A DNA stretch of 50,409 nucleotides from a virus (taxonomy: Duplodnaviria > Caudoviricetes). Positions 16,042 to 25,332 of this stretch are shown here, in pieces. Where the stretch lies: IMG/VR virus record IMGVR_UViG_3300010052_000152, positions 1-50,409 of that record; one strand, written 5' to 3'. Below the pieces are notes generated by a model. The model was not told the origin of the DNA. It ran no database searches and saw only the letters and a program-made list of their open reading frames with translations. Made by a program: the position numbers and the translations under genes. How positions within the stretch are numbered: position 1 is the first letter of the stretch; each line of letters begins with the position of its first letter.

Positions 16042-16065
16042 AAAAAAGCCCGCTCAATGGCGGGC
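16042..16065 (-). terminator. Intrinsic terminator of the cI transcript
   Basis: GCCCGC/GCGGGC stem followed by U6 on the minus strand. Confidence 0.8.
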
Positions 16066-16084
16066 GTCGCGGAAAGCGGGAAGT

Positions 16085-16249
16085 CTATTTATCGCGGAAG
16101 TAGAAATAGGCGGCCACGGCCGCTATCCAGATGAAATTCAGCCAGTAAAGCCCACCGCCGCCTTCTGATTCCACTTCGCCGCTGTAGTTGCCAGGCGCGG
16201 CGTATGACATGCCCACCAGCAGGAAGAGGGCGCATGCGCGGAAGATCAT
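16085..16249 (-). CDS. Small membrane protein, 54 aa, coupled to cI (not in the ORF track)
   Basis: MIFRACALFLLVGMSYAAPGNYSGEVESEGGGGLYWLNFIWIAAVAAYFYFRDK. ATGA overlap with the cI stop. Signal-like N-terminus and C-terminal transmembrane segment. Confidence 0.65.
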   Translation of the reverse strand: MIFRACALFLLVGMSYAAPGNYSGEVESEGGGGLYWLNFIWIAAVAAYFYFRDK

Positions 16250-16902
16250 GGCCGCCATTTGCTGGGGGACACCACGGCGCCCACCGCCTGGATGCCGTCA
16301 ATCTCGTCGATCTGCAGGGTGCGCCGCACCTCGCCATTGACGGACATCACTGCCACTGAGTCCGCCTTCTGGAACAACAGCTCTTTGACCATCTTTTGCC
16401 CGTTTTTTAGCTTGACCAGCACGTACTCGCCGACAGTGGGTGCTGAGTTCGGTTCCACGACGACATACCAGCCGTCTCGAATGGCGGGCCACATGCTGTC
16501 TCCGCGCATCTTTAGGGCGTACGCGTTGGGATCGCGACTAAACACCTCGACAGTGCCGTCGCCGGCAGCGGCTTGTGAGCTGATCTCTTCGTAATACCCG
16601 TTATCGCCTAGGCGGGCAGTACCAACCACCACCACCGGCCGCATTGAAGTCATTGGCCCGGCGTACTCGGGCTCTATCTCGCGGATGGCCAGCAGGCTGC
16701 CGCGGCCGGTTCTGACGTAGTCGAGGCTGATCTTGTCCATGGGCAGCGCGCCGACCAACTGTTCCTTGTAAGAGGTTCGGTCGCTATCACGCGTCTCTAT
16801 CGCGCTCAGCGTAGGTTGTGCGACACCGGCTCGCTTTGCCAGCTCGGCCTGGTCCCAATGCAAATGCTCGCGCGCTTCTTTTATTCGATTGCCAAATGCC
16901 AT
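16246..16902 (-). CDS. cI: CI-like repressor (XRE HTH + S24 peptidase)
   Basis: QAELAKRAGVAQPTLSAIE helix-turn-helix. GDSM and VKEL give the Ser/Lys dyad. Confidence 0.93.
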   Translation of the reverse strand: MAFGNRIKEAREHLHWDQAELAKRAGVAQPTLSAIETRDSDRTSYKEQLVGALPMDKISLDYVRTGRGSLLAIREIEPEYAGPMTSMRPVVVVGTARLGDNGYYEEISSQAAAGDGTVEVFSRDPNAYALKMRGDSMWPAIRDGWYVVVEPNSAPTVGEYVLVKLKNGQKMVKELLFQKADSVAVMSVNGEVRRTLQIDEIDGIQAVGAVVSPSKWRP

Positions 16903-16995
16903 GGGCTGGAACTTACAACAAGAGTTGACAACAAGGGTTGACCGTTAATTCAACACTTGTTATATTTCTCGCATGGAATTAATAACACCTGTTGA
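16903..16995. promoter_or_regulatory. OR region: PR, putative PRM and four operators
   Basis: PR TTGACC(16938)-17 bp-TATATT(16961). AACAnnnGTTGA at 16917, 16930, 16950 (reverse) and 16984. Minus-strand TAAGTT (16910-16915) lies 7 nt before the cI ATG. Confidence 0.82.
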
Positions 16996-17326
16996 TGCGC
17001 TTAAGTGCGCTGTAGATAAGGCTGGCGGCCAAAGCGCGTTGGCCGATGCGCTTTCAAAGCTATCTGAGGCCCGGGGAGGGGAGTCGATCTCGCCCGCCAG
17101 GGTATGGAACTGGGTGAACCGCGACAAGCGTGCGCCCTCGGACGTGTGCCCGGACATCGAAGTCCTGACCGACGTGAAGTGCGAAGTTTTGCGCCCGGAC
17201 GTGAACTGGGCCGCGATCCGCAACAAACCGCGCAAAAGCAAACCCCTCAAGGGGGATGCCGATCAACCGAAAGCGCCCGCCGAGACAGGTGGTTTCGCTA
17301 TCAATTCCGAAGCAAAGGAGCTGTAA
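16973..17326 (+). CDS. cro: Cro/YdaS-like HTH regulator
   Basis: Divergent from cI. GGQSALADAL..VWNWV..LRPDVNW. Confidence 0.85.
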   Translation: MELITPVDALKCAVDKAGGQSALADALSKLSEARGGESISPARVWNWVNRDKRAPSDVCPDIEVLTDVKCEVLRPDVNWAAIRNKPRKSKPLKGDADQPKAPAETGGFAINSEAKEL

Positions 17327-17506
17327 ATGCAGGTCAAAGCCATCGCATCCCTGTCCAGAGAAGAGATTCGGGACCTTGCCCATGCCGCCGCTGATCGCGG
17401 CGAGCACAAAGAAGCGGCCAACCCATTCCCCGTGGATTCCTTGGCCCGCGCGCACTTCGAACACGACTTCCTCGATCGCGAGCGAGCGCTGGCGCCCGCC
17501 GGCTGA
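17327..17506 (+). CDS. Small hypothetical protein, 59 aa (not in the ORF track)
   Basis: AAGGAG RBS. ATG immediately after the cro stop. MQVKAIASLSREEIRDLAHAAADRGE..ANPFP. Confidence 0.65.
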   Translation: MQVKAIASLSREEIRDLAHAAADRGEHKEAANPFPVDSLARAHFEHDFLDRERALAPAG

Positions 17507-17580
17507 GCCCAGTCCGCCCAGCGCTCCGCGTAGGCAACTGCGCACCCGACCCTCCCCGGGCATGAGCGATGGGTTTTCTT

Positions 17581-17620
17581 CCGGGCTCCGCCGATTGTGC
17601 GGGGCCCGGGCTTTTTTCTT
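17581..17620 (+). terminator. tR1-like intrinsic terminator
   Basis: CCGGGCTCCGC/GCGGGGCCCGG stem plus T-run. Confidence 0.7.
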
Positions 17621-17653
17621 CGCGATCACCAACACCACCGAGACGAAATCACC

Positions 17654-17962
17654 ATGCCAAAGCTCAAAGGACCCGAGTTCAGCGACGACCAGCTTGTGAT
17701 GCTGGCCCGCTCGTCGCTGGGCGGAAAGAAAACCAAATTCCTCAAGGGCGCGTGCTCCGAGGAATTGAAGGAACTGATGGAGCGCAAGCTCCAGCTCATC
17801 CGCGCCGAGACAGGCCGCACCGTCACCGAGAGCGAATACGTCGAGCGGGTGGTGGCGATCAGTTTGCTGGGCTATGAGCATGTCGCTAGTGTCGAGCAGG
17901 AACAGCTCAAAAGCTTGGCCGGTTTTTGGTCACATCTTGGCCAGCGGATCGGCGTGCTATGA
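17654..17962 (+). CDS. Putative CII-position regulator, 102 aa
   Basis: Located after cro and tR1. Function inferred from synteny only. Confidence 0.55.
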   Translation: MPKLKGPEFSDDQLVMLARSSLGGKKTKFLKGACSEELKELMERKLQLIRAETGRTVTESEYVERVVAISLLGYEHVASVEQEQLKSLAGFWSHLGQRIGVL

Positions 17963-18153
17963 GCGACCCATTCGCATGGCGCGGCCAGCCCAGCGTGTTC
18001 CTCGCTGACCGCCAGTTCAACCCGAACATCGCCAAGGCACGACCGCCGAAGCTGCGCGACGAGGGCTCGGCCATCGCCAGCACCAGCCGCGCGCCCACCG
18101 CCAACATCAACACCCAGCGCAAGGCGCCGCTGGTTACGAAGACGGCGATATGA
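17959..18153 (+). CDS. Hypothetical protein, 64 aa
   Basis: ATGA overlaps at both ends. Confidence 0.55.
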   Translation: MSDPFAWRGQPSVFLADRQFNPNIAKARPPKLRDEGSAIASTSRAPTANINTQRKAPLVTKTAI

Positions 18154-20879
18154 ACCTCGCCGCCCCCGACAGAACGGAGTACTCGGACTTCCTGCGCGCG
18201 AAGGTGCAGATGGCCGAGAGCTTCGGCTTCGAGATAACGGCCGCAGAGGTGAATCCGTTGCTCAAGCCCTTCCAGAACGCGACGGTGCGCTGGGCGATCG
18301 CTGGCGGCCGGCGCGCCATCTTCAAGGCCTTTGGCCTGGGCAAGACGTTCGACCAGATCGAGATTGTGCGCATCGCCCGGCAGCGCGCCGGCGGCATGGC
18401 GCTGATCGTCCTGGACCTGGGCGTGCGCCAGGAATTCACCAGCGATGCGTATGTCCTGGCCACGGGCGACTCGGCGAATATCACCGACGCCCAGCGCGCG
18501 GAGCTCCGCGCATGGCAGGAAGGTCACCCCGAGCGCATCCCCCGCGTGAAGTTCGTTCGTTCCATCGAGGAATGCGACGACCCCGAGGGCATCTACCTGG
18601 CCAACTACGAAACCATCCGCGATGGCAAGCTGGACCCGCGCCTTTTCAGCGTGGCTACCCTGGACGAGGCCGACTGCCTGCGCGGCTTCGGCGGCACCAA
18701 GACATTCCGCGAATTCATGGCGCTGTTTGCTGGCGACGACAGACGCAACATGTACGCCCGCGTGCGCGGCGGGGCAGTGCGGTACCGGTTCGTTGCCACC
18801 GCCACGCCCAGCCCAAATGACTATGTCGAGCTGCTGGCCTATGCCGCCTTCCTCGGCATCATGGACGTGGGCCAGGCCAAGACACGGTTCTTCAAGCGCA
18901 ACAGCGAAAAGGCCGACCAGCTCACGATCCACCCGCACAAGGAACGCGAGTTCTGGCTCTGGATGGCGAGCTGGGCCCTGTTCGTGCAGCGGCCCTCAGA
19001 CCTGGACCCGAGTTTCAGCGACGAGGGCTACGAGCTGCCGCCGATCGACGTGCGCTGGCACGAGATCCCGTCCGACCATGAGAACGCCGGCGCCACCCTG
19101 GACGGCCAGGCGCTGATGTTCAAGGCCGCGGCGATCGGCATTGTCGAAGCCGCGCGCGAGAAGCGCTCAAGCCTCGACGCGCGTGTGGCCAAGATGATGG
19201 AGCTGCGCGCCGAGGACCCGGGACGGCATCGAATCCTGTGGCACGACCTGGAGGACGAACGCCGCGCGATCGAGCGCTGCATCCCAACCGTGGTCAGCGT
19301 GTACGGCTCCCAGGACCTGGACGCCCGCGAGTCCTCTGTGATCGGGTTCCGCAATGGCGCGTTCCCCGAGCTGTCAAGCAAGCCCGTGCTGCTGGGCGCC
19401 GGCTGCAACTTCCAGCGGCACTGCAGCTGGGCGATCTTCCTCGGCATCGGCCACAAATTCAAAGACTTCATCCAGGCGGTCCACCGCATCCAGCGCTTCC
19501 TGCAAACGCAGCCGGTGCGCATCGACCTGATCTACACCGAGGCAGAGCGCAGCGTCCGCCAGAACCTCGAACGCAAATGGCAACAAGACAAGGAATTGAG
19601 GCTCAAGATGGCAGAAATCATTCGAGAGTATGGGCTGTCGCGCATCGCCATGGCCAACGTGCTGCAGCGCGCGATCGGCGTGGGCGAGCGCATCGAGGTC
19701 AAGGGCGACAGCTACACCATCGCCAACAACGATTGCGTCGACGAGACGAAGCGCATGGAGACGGGCAGCGTGGGCCTGGTGCTGAGCAGCATCCCGTTCA
19801 GCACGCAGTACGAGTACTCGCCCAACTATGCCGACTTCGGCCACACCGACAGCAACGACCATTTTTGGCAGCAGATGGACTTCCTCACCCCGGAGCTTTT
19901 CCGGGTGCTGCACCCCGGCCGCATCGCGGCTATCCACGTGAAGGATCGGATCATCCCCATGGGCATGACCGGCATGGGCTTCCAGACCGTCTACCCCTTC
20001 CACGCTGACGCCATCCGCCACTTCCAGAAGCATGGCTTCGGCTACATGGGCATGAAAACCATCGTCACCGACGTGGTGCGCGAGAACAACCAGACCTACC
20101 GCCTGGGCTGGTCGGAGCAGTGCAAGGACGGCAGCAAGATGGGCGTGGGCATGCCCGAATACCTGCTGATCTTCCGCAAGCCGCCCACCGACACGTCGAA
20201 CGGCTACGGCGACAAGCCTGTCGTGAAGCTCAAGCCGTTCAGCTTGGACGCCGAGGGCAACATGGTGCCGTTCGATCGGAACCTGCCCATGGTGCCGGGC
20301 ACGGGCTATTCGCGCAGCCGCTGGCAGATCGATGCCCACGGCTTCACCAGGTCGTCTGGCAACAGGCTGCTGACGGCCGACGAACTCAAGGGCCTGCCGC
20401 ACAACGCGATCTACAAGATCTTCAAGGAACACTCGCTGCGCCAGGTCTACGACTTCGAGCAGCACGTCTCCATCGGCGAGGCCCTGGAATGCACGGGCAA
20501 GCTGCCGGTGACCTTCATGCTGCTGCAGCCGCAGAGCTGGTCGGACGAGGTCTGGAGCGACATCACGCGCATGCTGACGCTCAACGGCGCCCAGTCGGCC
20601 AAGGGCAGGGAAATGCACCTGTGCCCCATGCAGTTCGATATCGCTGATCGCGCGATAGCCCAATGGTCAATGCCCGGGGAAGAGGTCTACGACCCGTTCG
20701 GCGGCCTGATGACCACCGTGGTGCGCGCCATCAAGGCGGGCCGGCGCGGCCGAGCGGCGGAACTGGCCGGCGGCTACTTCTTCGACGGTGCCGCGTACTG
20801 CAAGGCCATGGAGCAGCAGGTCGGCATGCCCACCTTGTTCGAGGCCGAACAGCTCGACCAGCCGGAAGAGGTGCTGTGA
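18150..20879 (+). CDS. SF2 (SNF2-like) helicase fused to an N4/N6 DNA methyltransferase, 909 aa
   Basis: GLGKT, LDEAD, TATP and QAVHRIQR helicase motifs. SSIPF (motif IV) precedes DPFGGL (motif I), the beta-class order. Confidence 0.88.
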   Translation: MNLAAPDRTEYSDFLRAKVQMAESFGFEITAAEVNPLLKPFQNATVRWAIAGGRRAIFKAFGLGKTFDQIEIVRIARQRAGGMALIVLDLGVRQEFTSDAYVLATGDSANITDAQRAELRAWQEGHPERIPRVKFVRSIEECDDPEGIYLANYETIRDGKLDPRLFSVATLDEADCLRGFGGTKTFREFMALFAGDDRRNMYARVRGGAVRYRFVATATPSPNDYVELLAYAAFLGIMDVGQAKTRFFKRNSEKADQLTIHPHKEREFWLWMASWALFVQRPSDLDPSFSDEGYELPPIDVRWHEIPSDHENAGATLDGQALMFKAAAIGIVEAAREKRSSLDARVAKMMELRAEDPGRHRILWHDLEDERRAIERCIPTVVSVYGSQDLDARESSVIGFRNGAFPELSSKPVLLGAGCNFQRHCSWAIFLGIGHKFKDFIQAVHRIQRFLQTQPVRIDLIYTEAERSVRQNLERKWQQDKELRLKMAEIIREYGLSRIAMANVLQRAIGVGERIEVKGDSYTIANNDCVDETKRMETGSVGLVLSSIPFSTQYEYSPNYADFGHTDSNDHFWQQMDFLTPELFRVLHPGRIAAIHVKDRIIPMGMTGMGFQTVYPFHADAIRHFQKHGFGYMGMKTIVTDVVRENNQTYRLGWSEQCKDGSKMGVGMPEYLLIFRKPPTDTSNGYGDKPVVKLKPFSLDAEGNMVPFDRNLPMVPGTGYSRSRWQIDAHGFTRSSGNRLLTADELKGLPHNAIYKIFKEHSLRQVYDFEQHVSIGEALECTGKLPVTFMLLQPQSWSDEVWSDITRMLTLNGAQSAKGREMHLCPMQFDIADRAIAQWSMPGEEVYDPFGGLMTTVVRAIKAGRRGRAAELAGGYFFDGAAYCKAMEQQVGMPTLFEAEQLDQPEEVL

Positions 20880-21220
20880 TGCCAAAAAAAGCACCTGATT
20901 TCGGACAAGATGCCACGGCCTTGTCAGCCCGCGCCGACATGGACATGACGGACGAAGAGCTGGAGGCGCACATCTTCTGTTGTGGGCAGCAGCTGGAGGC
21001 CGCCTACGCCCGCTATGAGCGCTACCGCGTGCCGGCCGACAGGGATGCCGCCGTTGAGTTGCTGCACATGCGTGACAGGGCCATCAAGGCGCGATCGCCT
21101 GCCCAGCAGGCCCGCATCACCGCGGCCATTGAAAAAGCCATAGACGAGGGCGTGGACTACTTCCAGGTGATGGGCGCGCGCGACGGCAAGGCCTTGAGAG
21201 AAGGGAGCCGGCCCGCATGA
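20879..21220 (+). CDS. Hypothetical protein, 113 aa
   Basis: TGATG and ATGA coupling. Confidence 0.6.
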   Translation: MPKKAPDFGQDATALSARADMDMTDEELEAHIFCCGQQLEAAYARYERYRVPADRDAAVELLHMRDRAIKARSPAQQARITAAIEKAIDEGVDYFQVMGARDGKALREGSRPA

Positions 21221-22032
21221 AACGCCCCGCATTTCAGTTTTACCCGGCCGACTGGCGCAAGGACGTTGAGCTGCAGTCCTGCAGCATGGCCGCCCAGGGC
21301 CTGTGGATCAACGCCATGTGCCTGGCGCACGAGTGCACGCCATACGGCCACCTGACGGTCAACGGCAAGCCCATGACGCCCGCCCAGCTGGGCCGGCAGG
21401 TCGGCCTGTCGGCGAAGGAAACCGAGGCGCTGGTGGCTGAACTTCACGAAGCCGGCGTGCTCGACAAGGGCGAGGGCGACGTGATTTTCTCGCGCCGCAT
21501 GGTCCGCGATGAGCATTTGCGCAACGTCCGCGCTGATGCTGGAAGGTTAGGCGGCAACCCGAATTTGCTTAAACAAAAGGATAAGCAAGAGGTTAACCAA
21601 ACCGCCAAGCAAAAGCTAACCCCTTCTTCTTCATCTTCATCTTCTACTTCGGTTGAAAGAGAACCTAACGGTTCTCAGTCGCCAGCAAAGCTGCCGAACT
21701 GCCCGACCGAGGAAGTGGTGGCTCTGTACCACGAGGTGCTGCCCGAGCTGCCGAAGATCCGGCTGATGACCGACAAGCGCAAGCGCGTGATCAGCAGCCT
21801 GTGGAAGTTCGTCTTGACGACGAACAACCCGGAGGGATTGCCGCGGGCCACCAATGCCGAAGAGGCCTTGGCTTGGATTCGGATTTACTTCGAGCGAGCC
21901 CGTGAAAACGACTTCCTGATGGGCCGTGGGCAGCGTAGCGCCGAGCATGCCGGCTGGAAGTGCGACCTCGACTTTCTCCTGAGCGAGAAGGGCAAGATCC
22001 ACGTGATCGAGAAAACCGGAGGCGGCACATGA
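21217..22032 (+). CDS. Phage replication initiator (O-like)
   Basis: MKRPAFQFYPADW N-terminus, SRRMVRD, poly-Ser linker, W.CDLDFLL C-terminal domain. Upstream of dnaB. Confidence 0.8.
   Translation: MKRPAFQFYPADWRKDVELQSCSMAAQGLWINAMCLAHECTPYGHLTVNGKPMTPAQLGRQVGLSAKETEALVAELHEAGVLDKGEGDVIFSRRMVRDEHLRNVRADAGRLGGNPNLLKQKDKQEVNQTAKQKLTPSSSSSSSTSVEREPNGSQSPAKLPNCPTEEVVALYHEVLPELPKIRLMTDKRKRVISSLWKFVLTTNNPEGLPRATNAEEALAWIRIYFERARENDFLMGRGQRSAEHAGWKCDLDFLLSEKGKIHVIEKTGGGT
21567..21614 (+). repeat. Putative replication origin: four degenerate 12-bp iterons inside the initiator gene
   Basis: GCTTAAACAAAA, GGATAAGCAAGA, GGTTAACCAAAC, CGCCAAGCAAAA in an AT-rich patch. Confidence 0.6.
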
Positions 22033-23402
22033 ACGCCCCGGATGACTACACGATCGCCGCGATGGCCAGCATGGAGGCCGAGCGCGCCCTGGTGGGCGGC
22101 TTGATGCTGAACAACGGCCTCTGGGACCTGGTGGGCGACTTGCTGATCGAGGATGACTTTTTCAGCGAGCAGAACAAGAAAATTTACCGGGCGATATCGC
22201 AACTGATCAACGCCACAAAGCCGGCCGATATCGTGACGGTACACGACATGCTCGGCGGCGAGGTGGAACTGTCCACCTTGAACGCCCTGGCCCAGTTTGT
22301 TCCATCTGCGAACAATGCGCGCAAGTACGCCGAGATCGTTCGGGAGCGCGCGCTCAGCCGCAAGCTGCTGGGTGCCGTCAGCGATATCCAAGAGCTGGCC
22401 CACAACCACACCATAGCGTTCGACGTGCGGCTGGAACAGGCCTCCGCCGCGGTTTCGAACCTCCTGGACCGCGCGGCGCCGGACGACTGGCAAGGCACCG
22501 ACGAAGGGGTTGTGCAGGCGCTGGACCGCATCAGCGAGCAGGCCGACGGCAGCGCGCCGCCCGATTACGTGCCGTTCGGCTTGAAGGAGCTGGACGATGC
22601 GTTGGATGGCGGCGGCCGGGAAGGTGAGCTGATCATCATCGGCGCGCGCCCGTCCATGGGCAAAAGTGCCTTGGCGCTGACCATCGGCATGCATGTCGCG
22701 CTCAATGAAGGCAAGCCTGTAGGGCTGTTTTCGATGGAGATGCCAAAGCCCCAGGTCACAAATCGGCAAATATCCCTCGTCTCACACATCCATCTGAGCA
22801 AGCTCAAGCGCCCAGAGCGGATGAGCGAATACGACTGGAGTTGCCTCACGCCAGCCGTTGAGAAACTGCGGCAGATTTCCTTCTACACCAGCGACAAGAC
22901 GGGCTTGAACATCAACCAGATGCGCACGCGGGCCCGCGGCCTCAAACGCCGGCACGGCCTGCGCGTGCTGATCGTCGACTACCTGGGCCTGATGAGCGGC
23001 ACTGACCCCAAGGCGCCGCGGGCGTATCAGCTCGAGGAAGCCACCAAAGGTCTCAAGAACCTGGCCAAAGAACTCGGCATCACCGTGATCTTGCTGGCGC
23101 AGATCAACCGTGAAGCCGAAAAGCGCGTGGACCAGATGCCGATCCTCTCGGACCTGCGCGACTCAGGCGCCATCGAGCAGGACGCCGACATCGTGATCTT
23201 CATCCACAGGCCTATTCGCGTGAAGCCTGACCTGAGCGACGAGTGGAAGAACTACGCCAAAGCCTTCATCGCCAAACAGCGCGACGGCGGCACCGCATAC
23301 CTGGACCTGGGCTATGCCGGCGAGAACACGCGCTTCTACAACTGGGAAGGCGACCTACCCACCACGGTGGGCAGCAGTGCCCCATCGAGGAAACCACTAT
23401 GA
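22029..23402 (+). CDS. dnaB: Replicative DNA helicase
   Basis: GARPSMGKS, FSMEM, IVDYLGL, LAQINR, DLRDSGAIEQDAD, KQRDG. Confidence 0.95.
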   Translation: MNAPDDYTIAAMASMEAERALVGGLMLNNGLWDLVGDLLIEDDFFSEQNKKIYRAISQLINATKPADIVTVHDMLGGEVELSTLNALAQFVPSANNARKYAEIVRERALSRKLLGAVSDIQELAHNHTIAFDVRLEQASAAVSNLLDRAAPDDWQGTDEGVVQALDRISEQADGSAPPDYVPFGLKELDDALDGGGREGELIIIGARPSMGKSALALTIGMHVALNEGKPVGLFSMEMPKPQVTNRQISLVSHIHLSKLKRPERMSEYDWSCLTPAVEKLRQISFYTSDKTGLNINQMRTRARGLKRRHGLRVLIVDYLGLMSGTDPKAPRAYQLEEATKGLKNLAKELGITVILLAQINREAEKRVDQMPILSDLRDSGAIEQDADIVIFIHRPIRVKPDLSDEWKNYAKAFIAKQRDGGTAYLDLGYAGENTRFYNWEGDLPTTVGSSAPSRKPL

Positions 23403-23415
23403 AAAAGGAGACACC

Positions 23416-23919
23416 ATGCGCGTAGTAGGCATTGATCCCGGCTTGACCGGTGCGATAGGCATCCTCGGCGGCCCGGTGCCAGTGGTGGTGGACCTTCCAG
23501 TGGTACCGCTGGGCGGCAACGGGCTGATCAAAAACCGTGTGTACGGTCCGGCGCTGCGCAAGTTGCTGCTGCAGCACTGCCCGGCCGGCGAGCCGGTGCT
23601 GTTTGTGGTCGAGGCCGTGGCCACGATGGGCAACCAGAACAATGCCGTGCAGACCCAGGGCAGCCTAATGCGCACCAAGGGCACGATCGAGACGGTGATC
23701 GAGCTGCTGGGCCACCCGGTGACGGAACTGAACAGCCAGAAGTGGAAGAGCTTCTACGGGCTGGTCAACGTGGACTGGTCGGCCGTCGAGAGGAAGCGCA
23801 AAGCGCTGGAATGCGCGCGCCGCCTGTGGCCGGCCTGCAGCGATATCGGCCTGGCCAAGCACCACAACCGCGCCGAGGCTTTGCTGATCGCGAACTACGG
23901 TTTGAGGAATCTGACGTGA
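23416..23919 (+). CDS. RuvC-like Holliday junction resolvase
   Basis: VVGIDPGLTGA, VVE, W..F.GL, RAEALLIA. AAGGAG RBS. Confidence 0.8.
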   Translation: MRVVGIDPGLTGAIGILGGPVPVVVDLPVVPLGGNGLIKNRVYGPALRKLLLQHCPAGEPVLFVVEAVATMGNQNNAVQTQGSLMRTKGTIETVIELLGHPVTELNSQKWKSFYGLVNVDWSAVERKRKALECARRLWPACSDIGLAKHHNRAEALLIANYGLRNLT

Positions 23920-24734
23920 GCGAGTTAGACCTCCTGGCGCCGCCACCCTCGGATCAGCCTGCGGCGCCGGATAGACCCGCGCGCGTGACAGCACCGCTCA
24001 TCTGCCAGTACCTGGCGAACACCTACACGGAAGGGCAGGGCTACGCCACGCTGTTCGAAGTGGCCGACGGTACCGGCAGCAATGCCCGGCGCCGTGCGGA
24101 TGCGCTGGTGCTCAACCTGTGGCCATCCCGCGGCATGGAGTTGGTCGGCTACGAGATCAAGGTGTCCAGGGCCGACTGGCTGCACGAAATGAAACAGCCA
24201 GAGAAGGCCTGGCCCGTGATGCAGTACTGCGATCGCTGGACGCTGATCGCGGCGCCGGGTGTAGCTGTGCCGGCCGAGATACCGCTCAACTGGGGATTCA
24301 TCGAGTTCGACGGGAAGAAGGCGCGCGTGATCAAGCCGGCGCCGGTTCTGGAGGCGAAACCCATCAGCCGGACATTCCTCGGCGCCATGGTGCGCAAGCC
24401 AATACGCGATGTAGAGGCGATGGTCGCGGCCGAGGTGCGAAAGCGCGCGGACGAATTGGACAAGGCCTTTGACAAGCGCGTGCAGCAGCAACTGAGTTAC
24501 CGCGCGACGGACGCCGAAAAGATCAAAAAGGCGGCCAAAGAAATCCATGAGGCCACCGGCATCGACCTGCTGCACGGCTACGAGAGCGTGGCCAACATTG
24601 CCAGCGCGATCAAGATGGCTATGGAGGTGAACCCGCTGCACACCTGGAAGGGCGTGCCGTCGGCGATCAGTCACGTGAAGACGGCGCTGCAATCGCTCGA
24701 AGATCTTCAAAAGGCGATGGGGGGTGGCACATGA
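23916..24734 (+). CDS. PD-(D/E)xK nuclease-like protein (MmcB-like)
   Basis: FEV..RRADAL..GYEIKVSRADW..K. GTGA-coupled start. Confidence 0.7.
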   Translation: MSELDLLAPPPSDQPAAPDRPARVTAPLICQYLANTYTEGQGYATLFEVADGTGSNARRRADALVLNLWPSRGMELVGYEIKVSRADWLHEMKQPEKAWPVMQYCDRWTLIAAPGVAVPAEIPLNWGFIEFDGKKARVIKPAPVLEAKPISRTFLGAMVRKPIRDVEAMVAAEVRKRADELDKAFDKRVQQQLSYRATDAEKIKKAAKEIHEATGIDLLHGYESVANIASAIKMAMEVNPLHTWKGVPSAISHVKTALQSLEDLQKAMGGGT

Positions 24735-24982
24735 CAGTGTGCATCCGTTGCCACCGGCCGCTCAAACATCCGACAGAGACGGGCATGGGGCCGGTGTGCG
24801 CGCGAGCCTCCCGTGTGCAACCCGTGCCAGCGCACGAGCGCGACTTGTTCGGTTACGACATCGACAAGGCGGTGCACGCTGCCCGCTACCGCCTGCAGGT
24901 GCACATCGACTCCATCGCGGCCGAGGCTTCCATGGCGCTGCGGGCATCGCACCGAGCTGCATTGAAGGAACTCATGAAATGA
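24731..24982 (+). CDS. Small Zn-finger-like protein, 83 aa
   Basis: CIRCHRPL..GMGPVC. Confidence 0.65.
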   Translation: MTVCIRCHRPLKHPTETGMGPVCARASRVQPVPAHERDLFGYDIDKAVHAARYRLQVHIDSIAAEASMALRASHRAALKELMK

Positions 24983-25332
24983 GTTACCAGCTCGATCTCA
25001 ACTTCGGCGGGTATGACCAACCCAACCACGCGGGCGTGTTCACCAACTGCGAGGTGATCAGCATGCCATCGGCCAAACGCAGCATTAGGGCCGAAATCAG
25101 GGTGGCATTCACAGCGGCAGGCTTTTGCTGGGGCAGCAGCGCGTTCATGGAAATGCAGGGACACGCCAGCATGCCCAACGTGTGCGACATACCTGCTGGC
25201 CGCGTGGTGTCGTCTAAGGCAGAGGCGATCGCCAAAGCCTGCGATGACATTCAGCGCCACGTAGGCAAGCTCGAAACCAAGGGCGCGAAGGCGATCATGG
25301 CCTGGGCGCGCCAGCTGAGGGGAACACCATGA
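24979..25332 (+). CDS. Hypothetical protein, 117 aa
   Basis: AAGGA RBS and ATGA overlaps. Confidence 0.6.
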   Translation: MSYQLDLNFGGYDQPNHAGVFTNCEVISMPSAKRSIRAEIRVAFTAAGFCWGSSAFMEMQGHASMPNVCDIPAGRVVSSKAEAIAKACDDIQRHVGKLETKGAKAIMAWARQLRGTP

